DNA of 64,000 nt from Iphione sp. A-MEVVRFRX5 (lineage: Eukaryota): positions 54,188,001-54,252,000 of the forward strand of contig OZ320316.1 in NCBI GenBank assembly GCA_976226885.1, given 5' to 3'. A program made the position numbers and the translations under genes. A model generated the notes under the pieces. The model was not told the DNA's origin. It saw only the letters and a program-made list of their open reading frames with translations, and ran no database searches. Below, in pieces: positions 25,530 through 38,079 of this stretch; the stretch's first letter is position 1, and each line of letters begins with the position of its first letter.

Positions 25530-26370
25530 CTTGTTTGATTAATCCGTTAAACAGCAATTAAAGTAATTTGCCACCAAAAACAATGATTATTCAAACGTCG
25601 AGAACTACTCAGAGTTAATTGCATTACTCAGATATTTAACAAATGAATAAAAGCGAGAGTGAACACGCAGTTTCTTAACATTACTCATTGACAAGCCTGA
25701 AATCAAAGGCAATGATTAAAAGATGTATTAATGAAACAGAACGTACTGTAGGCAGTAATGGGGATTCGCCTTGCATGTAGGCTTGGCAACCGTTGCAATT
25801 TCATTAGAAAAAACAATTAGTTAAACAACAGGTAGATAAATGAGACTAGTAAGTGGACCGCTTGTCTAAAATGAGTGAATTAGCATTTGGTGTGGCCACT
25901 TTAACCAAGCCAATGTTCAGTCTAGGGACAAAAATATCATTTGCTTTACAGATTCCATCACCGCTTTCAGCCATAGGAACTGATAATGTTCGTCCTGCGG
26001 GCGGTGACAGAGGTCATGTGTTTACTGCACACATAAGTTGAACCTGACAAAGGGCGCCTGGATTTGAGTGATACATCAAATGGTGGGCAGGCGCGGGGGG
26101 AGGGGGCGCCGGGGGAGCTCGACAGGCCCGGCCGGCCGGTCGGGGTGCAGGGTGGCGGGAGGAGGAGTCAATGATGGGCCCTGGGCCGTCCGGTCAGCTA
26201 AGACGGGCAGAGCAAAGTCAGTTACAGACAGCAGCAGTCGCTGACAACAGGGTCGCAAGCCTCATCCATTTTACACGCCCCAATGTAAATACATTAACGT
26301 GTCCCACACTCGGTGCTGAAAGCGCTGGGCAAAGACAAGAAGTGCAGGATCATATAAGTCGTTAACCCTG
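25530..26370. promoter_or_regulatory. Long motif-dense noncoding block (candidate conserved enhancer)
   Basis: TGATTAATCC at 25536-25545, many TAAT/ATTA cores, AACAATG, ATCAAAG, RFX half-site CTTGGCAAC, TGACAG next to AGGTCA, then a GC-rich G4 tract at 26085-26115. Confidence 0.45.
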
Positions 26371-27121
26371 TTCAGAATATTTAATGTAATGTCGTATTTC
26401 CGCCACTATTACAACATTCGCGACAAAAAGTTTACGAACAACTGTAGCCGATGTCAAATGTCATGGGAATGTTGTCTACCCAAACCAGCACTCTAGTTTA
26501 CCATAAAATGTGTAACAGGTTATGCTTCTTCCTATGTACCGATATGAGTATGCTGAGGCTAGTCTCTCCATCCTTCGTACAGCCAGACACCTGTTCCTAT
26601 GTGAACGTGCATCTCTAAGCCTACCCGTGTAGGTGGCTGTACTGGACATTTCGAAGGCTCACCTATACTACTCATAACCAGTGATGCTTTCCATTAAGGG
26701 AGCTGCTCCTTGGAGAGCTGCGCCATCATACCGATTATGGGCACCCCGATGGATTCAGCTCAACAGCAATAGACTGGTTTACACTTCATTAACAGAGAAC
26801 CCTCCCACTCCGATAGAGCCAGGCCTTTTCCCTAAGGGTTTACAACTTCTCGACATGACACCTCGTCAACCAAACTCGTCACTTTCCCGTCAGCAGTGAG
26901 AAATATGTTATGTGGATGAAAAGAATGTTAGTGAAGACTAAGAAGAGAAGTGTGTTACACAGGGGAACAGACAAATGGTGGAAATATGGGAAGAGGAATA
27001 GGAAAATAACAGGGAATGGCCCTGCTGGCATGTGGACTCGGTGACAGGACAACTGGGTGTCCTGACAGCTCGTCGACTCGGCGACTCGGTGAGCTACAAC
27101 AGAAGAAATCCTGTCGTCAAG

Positions 27122-27158
27122 TTACGTCATTGAATTGTGTCGCTGAGGTGTGACGTCA
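27122..27158. promoter_or_regulatory. CRE sites
   Basis: TTACGTCA at 27122-27129 and the full palindrome TGACGTCA at 27151-27158. Confidence 0.3.
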
Positions 27159-27942
27159 CCCAGATGTTGTAAACGAAAGTATGGATGGCAAGTATGCGGG
27201 TAGGAAGAGGAGGAAGGGAGGCGTTATGAGTAGGAATAGAGTAGGAAGAAGAAGAGGCGATGAAGGAGGTCAGATGTAGGAGGAGATGGGGGGGGGGGGG
27301 GTAATGGATGAATGTTGGGAGAAAACTCAAACTGGCCTAGTGTACTGGGATGTGATAAATATGAGATCATGCTTCAACCATCTACGATGAGACCGCCGGG
27401 TTGAGTTTGCGATGTGCTTAATAGCCCTTAAGTATGGGAAGCCATGATTGGTTCCTGAAATTTTACCACTCCATCCTCGTCATATTAGGCTCGGATGTCA
27501 TGCTTCTACTGTGCAAGAAAACCCGAATTCTCCTACTCAAGTACTTAGACCAAGTGCAAAGTTCATCAGCATCAGCTTTTTTCCGTATTGTGTCTACTCA
27601 CTCATTTTCAAGACATTTTCCATGTATTCCAATAGTTATCTCATTCATCATATATGAGCCTTTTTAGAGTTTTGTATCATCAAAAGGCCGAGCCAGACTA
27701 AAGTGTAATATTCGAATTGTGACGAAATTTAAATTTGGTACAAAACTTTACAATTTAGAGATCTCTAGCAAAAAGCAAGTCATATTCATTTTCTGAAGAC
27801 CAATTATATACTTTATTAAATGTTTCTTTTACACTTTAAAGTTGGGGTGTGGGTAGCTATATTAAAAAATCATTCAGAATGCTGCCTTGAAACAATTGCA
27901 GGAATAGCCACATACATGTAATTATACTTCAGCATCACGTGA

Positions 27943-27988
27943 TTTCTCTCTCGCGCTCTCTTTCTCTCTCCCTCTCCCTCTCTCTCTT
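27943..27988. repeat. CT-rich simple repeat
   Basis: Degenerate (CT)n tract read directly. Confidence 0.8.
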
Positions 27989-29544
27989 ACTCTGCTCATC
28001 TTCAGTGTGGAGCAAGCATATCAGTTCTCTGACTTGCGGTTCCCAACCTTGCACCAAGTGCCTTGATTGAGTAAAAAGCTCAACGCGATAACATTATTGG
28101 GAAAGTGATACGAAAGAGGGCGACTGCCTATCAGAATATCTGATAGGGAAAAGGGAAGATATTGAGACAAAGACAGACGGCCTGACCTTCATACACTAAC
28201 ACTGCTATACCCAACTCTGCTTTTGACCCTGTCCCTGTCTTTAACTCTATCCACTTTGCTTCTCCTATGCTCTTTACAGTCCGCATCTCATCTCAAATTT
28301 CTTTCTCTTATCCATACTGCTGTGCCCGTCCATAAAGCTTCCCTTACGCTTATCATTGATGATGTTAATACTCTCATTGTTCATATCTATGACCACTTGA
28401 TACTACATCACAACTATCCGAGAACCCAATGTGGAATAGTTCAAGGGTCAGTTTATTTCTTTATCCACTTCAGATGTGTGATGCTCAGTAACATCAATGT
28501 GCTTGATCTAATTGTAAAATACAGCGCTCATCAACCGCCTTTTTTACTTACAGAGAATTTGTTGTTCGGGGGGGGGGGGTTCCTCAGGCCATAATTCATT
28601 TCATCGGGAAAGTAAAGAAATCTGATTGTTTGGCGGCGCGTAGATTAATGCTGTCTTGAGTAGAAAATAATATGAAGATGGTAAGTAAATAAATAGTACG
28701 AAAAGAAAAGAAATTCAAATTCAGCAAAGCCTTTAATTGTTTATGCATCGACGCATATAGTTTTAGTTGTTGTTTTCCCCCTCTCACCATCAAATACTAT
28801 CAAAAGTGTAGCCATTTAACTAAAATTTGGATTCTCCAAGCCTACATGGTATTGAACGCAGCATAGGCGAAGTTTATACATTCTATTTTTCTTAAGCATC
28901 ATTTTAAATTTAAATTTTATGTCACAGGATGATAAGGCAGGCAAATGGTCACTTTATTTATTTTAAACTTGGTGTTTATTTTATTTCCATCATCACCTAA
29001 CCTTATCATAAAATGAAATGTACAGGTATTTGTATCTATTTGCATCATCTATGAAGCCGTGCCATTTGACATAATGGAATTGGAACTACACAGCTTTGCA
29101 GCATCTTAGCAACGCAGTGACTCCATGATAATATGACTTGATGATATAACAGCACTGGAACACGTCATTTCCGTAACATGATACGTGGCTTGCGAACCCC
29201 TTCACTAAGCCTCCCCTATCTTTTTCTCACTGACATTGTGTGTGACACTTTGCCTTGTCATGTTGCCCGCTCTTCGTGTGGCTCATCTATTGATGCATTG
29301 TGTCCCTAGATTATCCTGTTGCTCAGTTGCTGCGCTCCCAACAGACAGAGAGCTACACACACAGACTCACATGCTGGTAACGATGAGTTTGAACTGAACG
29401 CTGTCACGTTACATACGAGAGGGACTACCGTTTCTTATATTTGTTCTGTATTTGGTCCTGTAAAGGACACTGCATGGTCATTTCTTAAAATAATAATTTT
29501 GATATATTGACCATATACAATGTATTCATCATGGTAGTGTCCGT

Positions 29545-29856
29545 AAGAGGTTGTTCACATAAAACAGGATTTTTTTTCCGTTCTGCATCCGCACACAGAT
29601 TTTTTCCAGCCTGCCTTTACTACTATAGGCATTTACATACATACAGACCCTTCTGCGTCCGCACACAGGTGCGGATTTTTTCCCCATTGAGTATGGAAAA
29701 AATCCAAACCTGTACGCGGATTCCCATAGAACGCAACGTTAAAGAGACATCTCACGACCATATGGATGCAATTAAAATCACGAAACTGCAGGAGGTGCCT
29801 CCGCGTCCACACACGGGTGCAGATTTTAAGTCCGGTTATGTGTTAATGCGGCCTAA
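29545..29856. mobile_element. Non-autonomous DNA element with internal subrepeats and central palindrome
   Basis: Three GCRTCCRCACAC.GGTGCRGATTTT-like subrepeats; 11-bp arms GGATTTTTTCC/GGAAAAAATCC at 29673-29705; degenerate inverted ends; related copy at 52.3 kb. Confidence 0.55.
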
Positions 29857-30099
29857 ATAACCTTAATACAAAACTATCCAGATTTTTTTTTATTTCTTCA
29901 ATATAATAACTATGGGATCTCCCAGGCGATTAAACTACGAAGTATTTATTCTTATCCCCTTGCTTTCAAGGTGACAACTGGAGTAAAAAGATCCAGATCG
30001 TAACCTCAAGCCTGAAGCAACAAAAATGTGATATATATCACGTCGATAAGACATGCAGCTCCCTAGAATGTCGGCTGAATGTGATATCAGATCGACAGT

Positions 30100-30420
30100 T
30101 TAAAGATTAAAGATATCGGCGGCACAGCGAGGGACAGGGGCCCGTTATTTGCCAAATAGGCGGAGGGGGACCGGAGTGTGGCTTATCTCGTGGCGGCCTA
30201 TCATTGCATGCACGCAATGTGAAGAATGTCTGCTGCTTCCTTGTCATCATCTGTGTCCCTTTCCCGCGGGCTCCTCTTTAATTGCATTATTCCTTAGACG
30301 CGGCGCGAGAGGCCTGACCTGGCGGGTTGCAGATTACACTCCTCCCTCTGCGCGGCCACCGGTTATCAACGTTTTATTAACACTTTAATCAGGAATTTCA
30401 AGGTGGTGAAGAAACATCTG
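30100..30420. promoter_or_regulatory. GC-rich candidate enhancer block
   Basis: CpG-rich non-repetitive block containing TTTAATTGCATTATT and TTTTATTAAC homeodomain-type cores. Confidence 0.3.
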
Positions 30421-30502
30421 GAACAACAGACTTTTACACGCGAAGCTGTGGTTTTATGTGTAGTGTGTCTTTTCAATTTTCACCCCCATTTTTCTTAAAA
30501 AT

Positions 30503-30554
30503 TGGGGGTGGGTAGGTGGCTGGGGGTTGGGGGTTGGGGGGTGGGGTGGGGTGG
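30503..30554 (+). other. G-quadruplex-forming tract
   Basis: At least eight G-runs of 3-6 nt separated by short loops. Confidence 0.7.
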
Positions 30555-32384
30555 TCGGACTCGTCAAGGGCCGGGAGAAGATAAACTTGAACAATGGTGA
30601 CGCCATATTCTGAGGATTGAAATACATTGTATTGCTGAGGGCAGAGCAGTGGCTGGACTTGCGCACGGGGACGAACAACAGCCGTAAATGGGATAAATTA
30701 AGGAAAGTGAGAGTCGTAATAGCTACCAAAGTACAATGTATATTTTAGCTTCCGGCATCTTATAGTCAAGACAGCACTGATTTAAAGGTCCTTGCAGTTG
30801 TCCCGACACGTAGAGCTCGTGGGCTTCATAGACAAGTGGTAGCTGTTTTCCCTCCCTGTCTTCATGATAAAACTAAAATCTGAATGGCATCCCAGTAAGG
30901 TTAATTTGTAACAAAAATTTGACAGCATCGAAAACTGTCCCAAACCGGCTATCGTTGAAAAAGTCACTGAGAGGCTGAATGAGGGTTTGGGCTGAGAGTA
31001 AAGTTAGCTATAAGAGATGACGGATGGATGACGGGAAGGACGGACATGTTTTTTTTTATTGAAGCCTAGCGGTCTAGATAGTACGATGTCGAAATGCCAT
31101 TTTGTCAAGTTGTCTTGTTGCTGTGTCGTCGTGTCACAGAGGCACCGTAGACTGTAGACCAATCTGAATAGGTGGAGGAAAGGAGAAGAGCTAAAAAGAG
31201 GCACCAAGAGGTAAATCCATGGTACGACAGAGACGGGCGGGCGGAGTATACATGTACGTCATTTTTCTTTGCGTCGGTAACAACACCGCAAGAAATCGTG
31301 ATAAAAACAACATTTCCATTCAAAATATAGCAATGTACAGCAGAGTCCAACTAATGGGGAGTACTGAGAGTTGACTGTGCACGTCAAGCTTTCCTTTCTC
31401 AAAGGGATATAATATCGTATGGAAAATACAGTTGACTCAAGTCGACAGTGGTCCCACCCCGTGTCGCTCCCTCTAATGAGGTGTCTGTTAATCACGTACT
31501 TTTCCACGGTATTTAACCAAAAGGGCCAAACATCACTGTATCCTGTGCACGAACATCACAGTTTATTCGGAACTTGGTCACGTAACAAACTGTCTTAAAG
31601 GAAATTGTCTGCCGAGGTACTGGGGATTCTTCTATGGCAATTAAGACACCCAAGACAGCAATTAATAAGATTTCCTGAACTGGTCAGATGGGTAGCTCAA
31701 TCAGCATGTAACGGAACGCAGCAGCTCACCGATGGTAGGTACCATTGTTCATTCACAGAGAAAAGCTGAAACAGCTCATGCAACAGCTATAGTTACGCGT
31801 TGGTAAGAGGATATTTTAATAGCTGCAAAATCTATAGGCCTACTCCGTGATCAAGTATGTGATAAAAAACGAGATTGTTTCTCCAGTGTCAGCTTACTAG
31901 TTGTACTATCCTTTGATGTCTGATATCCCTACACTGAGATATCTTGATACAAATGTGATATTCCAATAGTTACTTCTTGATACCCTTTCTAACAAATACC
32001 TCTGTAGCGGTTACATGTACTTGCCAATTCATTCGTAACAGTTATACCATAAAAAGCAAACACTTTAAACTACATGTCCCCAGTCTCATCTGTGTATCAG
32101 TAAGAAATTCAAATAAAAAGCAAGACATCATAAAAGACAGTGGCCACTATACAGGAAATGAACTTTCGGAGTCAGGTTTCTTCAGGCCGCTATTTTGTAT
32201 ATCAGATTAAACACATTTGACTTTAATGCTGCTGGAGTGATATACAGAGGTTTTAAACCGCCTCATTTAGAGCCAGTGGACGATCTTCATCTCTAAAAGG
32301 GCATTATAGAGATATATATGGTTGCAGTTTCCGTATCACGAGGCTCTATCTGTTACACCCCCACCGGCTGTCTGAACCCTTCCA

Positions 32385-32385
<1 letters not shown>

Positions 32386-32426
<41 letters not shown>

Positions 32427-32433
32427 GCGCGCG
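32386..32433. repeat. (AC)19(GC)4 alternating purine-pyrimidine tract
   Basis: (AC)n at 32387-32424, (GC)4 at 32425-32432, followed by G8. Confidence 0.95.
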
Positions 32434-34399
32434 GGGGGGGACTGAAGGAAGCTTTTTGAAGGGAAACCGTCATCACGGTGTATTAATTTGTCTAAACAAA
32501 ACAATTTTCTGGGTAGTCTAAGGTACATGCATCTCCACCGTCTTATACAACAGATGTGACGCAGAGAAAGGTATATCTCTGGAAGCGGTGATCTAGATTC
32601 AAGTGGACATTTCATTTCATTTCACTTTATCTTTTACCAGGAACTAGATATTCCCTATCACATCACAGGGCTCTTCCATATCCTCCTGGGGTAGCATACT
32701 ACCATCTATTATTGAGAATTGAGACCAGAATACCTGGGGTTGCCACCTACTCTTATTTCGAATAGGTTTCTGAGGTCTTTTTATGCATAGGGAATAGAAT
32801 CCTATACACCCACGGCCTTTTTACAAGTTGTGGACATTTGCACACAAAAAGAGTACGACCAGTGCTCTATATCTACATTTCTGAGTCATGCTATCAAATA
32901 TTGATGAGGGTGTGGAATAATAAACTTCCTGAGAAGCACACTAAAACAAACTGAGAATACACTGCAGTACTATTAAAGCAAATATAGGTGCCTGGGACGG
33001 TCCTCAATATGGCACTCGGGATAGCTGTGTGAAATTTCAGTAGCCCCTGATAGGAAGCCAGACAGTTTATATCAGCAGGATCGGTTCATGCACGTGGACT
33101 GATGTGAGTACAGTAATACACGTAGATGCTACCCAGCAACAAGGGATTTAAACAGCTGAGATACCAAATTGTAGAACGTACGTAAGCAACTAGGTCGTCA
33201 AAAGGTGTACTCTCATTGGTTCTTCAATGCCACGATGTCACGCTTCATTATGACTTGTAAGCTTTGTAAAGATTTTCGACTCCTTACCGTACGTCAATTA
33301 TTTCTTCGATTCAATCTATTTGCGCAATGTAGTTATTGATCTACGTTCTGTCTCTTTCCCACTTCTATCTGTCTTCTTTCTCTCTCTATCTCTCTTTAAA
33401 AACACAACTACATTGTATATGTATATATGTTACGCAGTACAATCTGGAATATTAGAATTTGTGAAATAGCTAACTATATACTACTACATTTTTCAGTCAG
33501 ACCTTGGTTCTTCAAATCGTTTTGGCTACTAAAATATTGTCTGAAGTACTGAAATCATCTTAGTATTGGCACATACTATGATACTATATATTACAAGTGG
33601 ACGGTGGACAAATATCATAGATACAACGATAAGGTTTGAAGTCTTGTCGCCACGGATACAATTCTTCACACATACACATACATACTCATTCTCTTATTTT
33701 CTCTTTCTCTGCCCGTCTCCCCCTGACCCTCCCTCCTCAGAAGGTCTTGTCTGCTGAACTGTCCAGGGTACTGGTCCCTTGTTTACACCATCACAACATC
33801 TCTCACCTAGTCAGGTGTATGCTAGAAAGTCACATCCAATCTGGTTTGATCTACACTTTGAATTCATTGTTTTTAACTGTTAAAATATCAGCCCAATGCT
33901 AATCTTCCATTCAGAGTTTTACCTTATAAGGAGAGGTATGTTAGACCTTATTAGACCTAGCTATTAATTAATGTACCTCTCTCATACGACTATCGATAAC
34001 TCACATGTTCAAAATATTGAAGAATTCGCGAAGTTCTGAGTCTTCAAAGTTGTGAGATCTGACTGAATTTCCAAATTAAAAAAATGTTGGTAAACTCATG
34101 AAAAGTTGGTAATGCCAAATTTGTTACATTTTAAAGAGTTGAAACCTTGTAAAATATTTTCGTAAACACAAAGGACCTTTGTGGCACAAATGGGACAGTA
34201 CCTATTATAACAAGGACCTCACCGAATACAGCTGTGTTCTCCTACAGACAAAGATACAGGTAAATAAATGTTGCATGCAAAAATTTATATCTGTTTTGGC
34301 CTAACACGCACTTGACATAGCTCTTGGCTGCTTGTTCGTGATGCGACACGTGCTTGTGGGTCATCATGAAAACTCTTCAGTTAAGTTGACTGGAACTAA

Positions 34400-34850
34400 T
34401 TAGTTCTGACTATCTGACAGCTAGGTATCAGTTTGTATGTGTGGATGTATGTCCTCTGATGAAGTAGTAGTCAAGGCAGGTGTTCCTCAGGGGTCCATGT
34501 CTAGTCCACTGGCTTTCAATATGGTGATCAATGACTTACACAGTTTACCATGTTATGTTGATACGATGCTATAATTATGCAGACTGCTTATCGGAGGTAA
34601 TTGTAGCTAATGATTTGTTTTCTCTTAGGACGAGCTCTGAGGTGTGAGCAACCGGTGTATGCTTGGTGTAAATGTGAAGGGCTAATACTAAACATGAACA
34701 AGTCCTGCCACATGTGCTCTGGGAAAGCTAGAGACTGTGACCTGGATGCTGCCTGGGAATGGTAAAAAAAATTAAATTACAATAATAATGTTAACCTACT
34801 GGGCGTTGCACTTGACGATTCCCTCACATGGTCTGAAAACATGAAGCAGA
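34400..34850 (+). mobile_element. CR1/L2-group LINE reverse transcriptase fossil
   Basis: DYLTARYQFVCVD; VKAGVPQGSMSSPLAFNMVINDL (GVPQG at 34479-34493); AWCKCEGLILNMNKS; NLLGVALDDSLTWSENM. Stops and frameshifts are present. Confidence 0.78.
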
Positions 34851-35108
34851 CAAAGACAACCATATGGATGATTGCCAAGAGGGTGTTGTGCAACTCTTTC
34901 ATTTCATGGGTTACCATGGTAATGACACACAGTCGAATATTACATGTTATTGAGTAAAATTCCTTAAAATGTTTATAAAGTTACATAATTTCCAAGAAAA
35001 CAACAAATATTTACTTAAAAGCAAAATACTGTTTTGCTGTTTTTAATGTAAACATTGTTTACATGTGTGAAAATAGTAATGCTTCATCAATATCTGTGAT
35101 GTCGAAGA

Positions 35109-35225
35109 GTTTAAGTCTAGACTCTTACTTCTTGTGTCATAATCCAAGCCCAGCACCTGAGGCCACAGGCCAAGGGTGCAAGGGCTTGGATTATGGCACA
35201 AAAAGTAAAGAGTCTAGACTTGAAC
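35109..35225. repeat. 117-nt foldback inverted repeat
   Basis: Arms at 35109-35151 and 35182-35225 match at 40 of 44 positions (3 transitions, 1 indel); the 30-nt loop can pair further (GCACC/GGTGC, GGCC/GGCC). Confidence 0.9.
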
Positions 35226-35543
35226 ACTGTTCTGACAATGATAAACGATTGAAAGATATTTATTCTTTATTATGGCTAAATTCATAATAACTTGCTTTGT
35301 CTGATAGTAGAGAAACTCCAAGTGATGCCATTTTGGGATTTGGCTGATGCATCGAGATATCTCATTGGTTGATCAAAAATTTATATATATATATATATGC
35401 ATAGAATAAGTAATTTCATGACAAGAAATTAACTAACACAATTTTGGGTGTAGAGTGAAGCATTTATTCAGAGAAAATTGTAATATTTCAACAAAGTTTT
35501 GTGTGCATGACATGAAATGTACTTTATGTTTCCAGTTATAAAT

Positions 35544-36780
35544 TTATTTGTGTGTGAATTGGATATTGAATACACAGTTTGCAAGATTAGCTCCAGAGGA
35601 CATACCAGCTAATTCTTTATCTATTTTCTTATCTATCACTGTGGAAGGCATTGAACTAGCTGTGACAACACATTTGCTTGTGTCTGTTGAGGGACATTGT
35701 GTTTTCGGATCATTTACAACATCAGCTGGAAGAACGCTTTTGCTTGTGTCTGAGCATGGGCATTTAGTTTTCAAATCATCATCTACAATGGTATTTTCTG
35801 CCTTGCCCAGACTGCTTAACATTTTGGACATGGAAGCCTTGATATCTGATCAACAGCTACCAAGATACTGCGTCCGAAAGGTAACATTTTTATGTCCTGT
35901 GACTTCTTGAATTTTGATAGGCGTGAAGCCTGCTCTGTCTAAATTGGTGACTACTGTGGACTAAATATAGTAACTTGCATATTTTTGTGACAGTCCCCCA
36001 TCTCTGCTCGTGTCAGCCATCATGCTATACAATTTATTGCAGCAGACAACCATGTTATCGTACCAGCATGTTTGCTCATATCTGTAAGTGGGGGCATTGT
36101 GGGGCATTGGAAGAAGTAGAGGTTGTTCTCGTTCAGTTTTAGCATGTATTTGTTGAAACAAATCAATGGATACCTGTTGGGGTTCTTGGGTGTTGCATAC
36201 ATTCTGATACTAACATCTTTCTCATTTCTACTTAAACCTTCAAGAGTTTTCTCTTTTGTTGAAGATCATGTGTATGTATTCTATGCCTTTTCTATCAACT
36301 GCAACATTAAAGCTATCTTAACGTAGGTCCCTGAGCCCCTCCCTCCCACGCCTGCCAAAGTGAACCATAATATTGTAAAACACTTGCCTCTGTAGGCCTA
36401 CCAGATTGTCTTTGGAATACAAGTTCTATATCTCCATCTTCAATAATGACTTTGTGTTGAGTGTGATCATTTACCATTTTACGTAATTCTGACATAAACA
36501 TTGACCGCTAGGTTCGCATTTTTGAAAATTGGATCACTTGTTATGTTGAATGGTTTAGACAGAGGAGGATCATTTAAGTAGCGCTGTAACCCCAGCCTTA
36601 TGTTTATGATAGCACTCTTTGAGTACATTTCACCTTTCTTGTTATTTACAATGGTGTACAATAGTACTGCTCCAGTGCATTGGTTAATTCTTGCTCTTGT
36701 TCTCAAATGATTGGTTTTTGCCCACGAAGCAAAAGCGCGTGCAAGTAAATTTAATTCAGCTTGATACTTGGATATTCTAG
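35544..36780 (-). mobile_element. Crypton-type tyrosine recombinase (DUF3504/KCTD1-ZMYM-QRICH1-like domain), pseudogenized
   Basis: KKGEMYSKSAIINIRLGLQRYLNDPP..FNITSDPIFKNAN; HTQHKVIIEDGDIE; HFGRRGREGLRDL (36324-36359); MYATPKNPNRYPLICFNKYMLKLN..NLYFFQ; WYDNMVV..NKLYSMM; TGHKNVTFRTQY (His 35892-35894, Tyr 35865-35867); C-terminal NCVFNI. Several frameshifts and stops. Confidence 0.88.
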
Positions 36781-38079
36781 TTAAATATAAAAGTATATAT
36801 ATTTGCTTTGGCCAGGCTGGAACACCATGGCTGCAAGATGATTTGTGATGATTAGGAAATTAAGTGTGATTAACTGAGATATTTACCAGTGGCCGTACTG
36901 GTGATGTTGCTGATCTTACCTCCTGCTACCTTTAGCTGTTTCACAGGTTTCCATGTCAGATGATACAACCTTAACGTTTCTAGCTTTGGTCTTATTGTAT
37001 GAAGTAACAGAATGACAAATGAGATGAAATTTTTCAGTTGCATATTTAAATCAGGATAAAATAGTACTACGTGTATATTCTTTGTATGGAAACCTATTCG
37101 TAAAGGTCATAGGAAAGGTCGCTTACAAGGACAGGATGAATATGCCTGTTCCGTCGGGAGAACGTGACCTTTTGGTTTAGTTTTCTTTCTTTCAGGATAA
37201 TACGGTACTAAACGGTGTGAACCAGCAGAGTACGACATTTTCACAGTTCCTATCCTAGGAGAGGCTAAGCCCAATATATCATAGGGTGCAGTTTGACGTT
37301 ACAAAGGGCATGTTGCAGTTGTAACCTGTAAGAGAGCGATAGAGACAGCAAAGATGGGGAGAGACATAAAGGCGATAATATTTTTGTAAACATGTTTTAA
37401 GGCTACCACCACGTCCTACTCGGGAAAAGTAACATTATGCAAAAATGGGGCAAATCTTATTTATAACAAGAGTCATACAAGGTATTGTTATGAGCATTCT
37501 ACCCATATATGCACTATAGGAGGGAAACTTCCTTTTTTGTTCATTTGTTGTCGTTAAGCCTTCACGTTTATGTCTTAGAAGATTATATTCGTTTGCAAAA
37601 TGACCGAGAATTCTGCTTCACGAAGAGGATCGCGAATCCTTTTACAATAGCAAAATGGTATTGAATGCCACCTGCTGTACTTTAATTAAGATGAAGATAT
37701 TCCTCGTAGACTTCAATAATGCATTATGATACTCATATTCCCCCGCAATATCTATACATGTATATGGCAGGAATATCGTCGTATATACTTTTTCTTTAGA
37801 GGCGAATTCATTTTATGTCCGTAATAAATACAGATTCAGAAAACGATATTCGTACTCTGTGTACTTTTTCTAACAGACGCCTTCATTTTCACGATTACTG
37901 AGCACTTAACCGGTGAGACTCGACAATCCTTATTAAATATCAATATACTGATACAGCTGGTGGAATCGAAAAATAATCAAGGATCACTATTTGAAATCCA
38001 GGCCATGCTCTTTTCTACTGCTCCCCTGCGTGAAACAAAATGGTATTGATTGTTATCACCTCAGACTAAAAAGTTCTCA

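Noticed and set aside
27400-27640. Possible CR1 RT scrap (DADELCTWSK)
   Set aside because: A single weak motif.
31690-31720. tRNA/SINE A-box-like GTAGCTCAAT
   Set aside because: No B-box or cloverleaf follows; I found no tRNA or tRNA-derived SINE in the window.
37104-37121. AGGTCA-n6-AGGTCG direct repeat as a retinoic-acid element
   Set aside because: The spacer is 6 nt, not the DR1, DR2 or DR5 spacing of RAREs.
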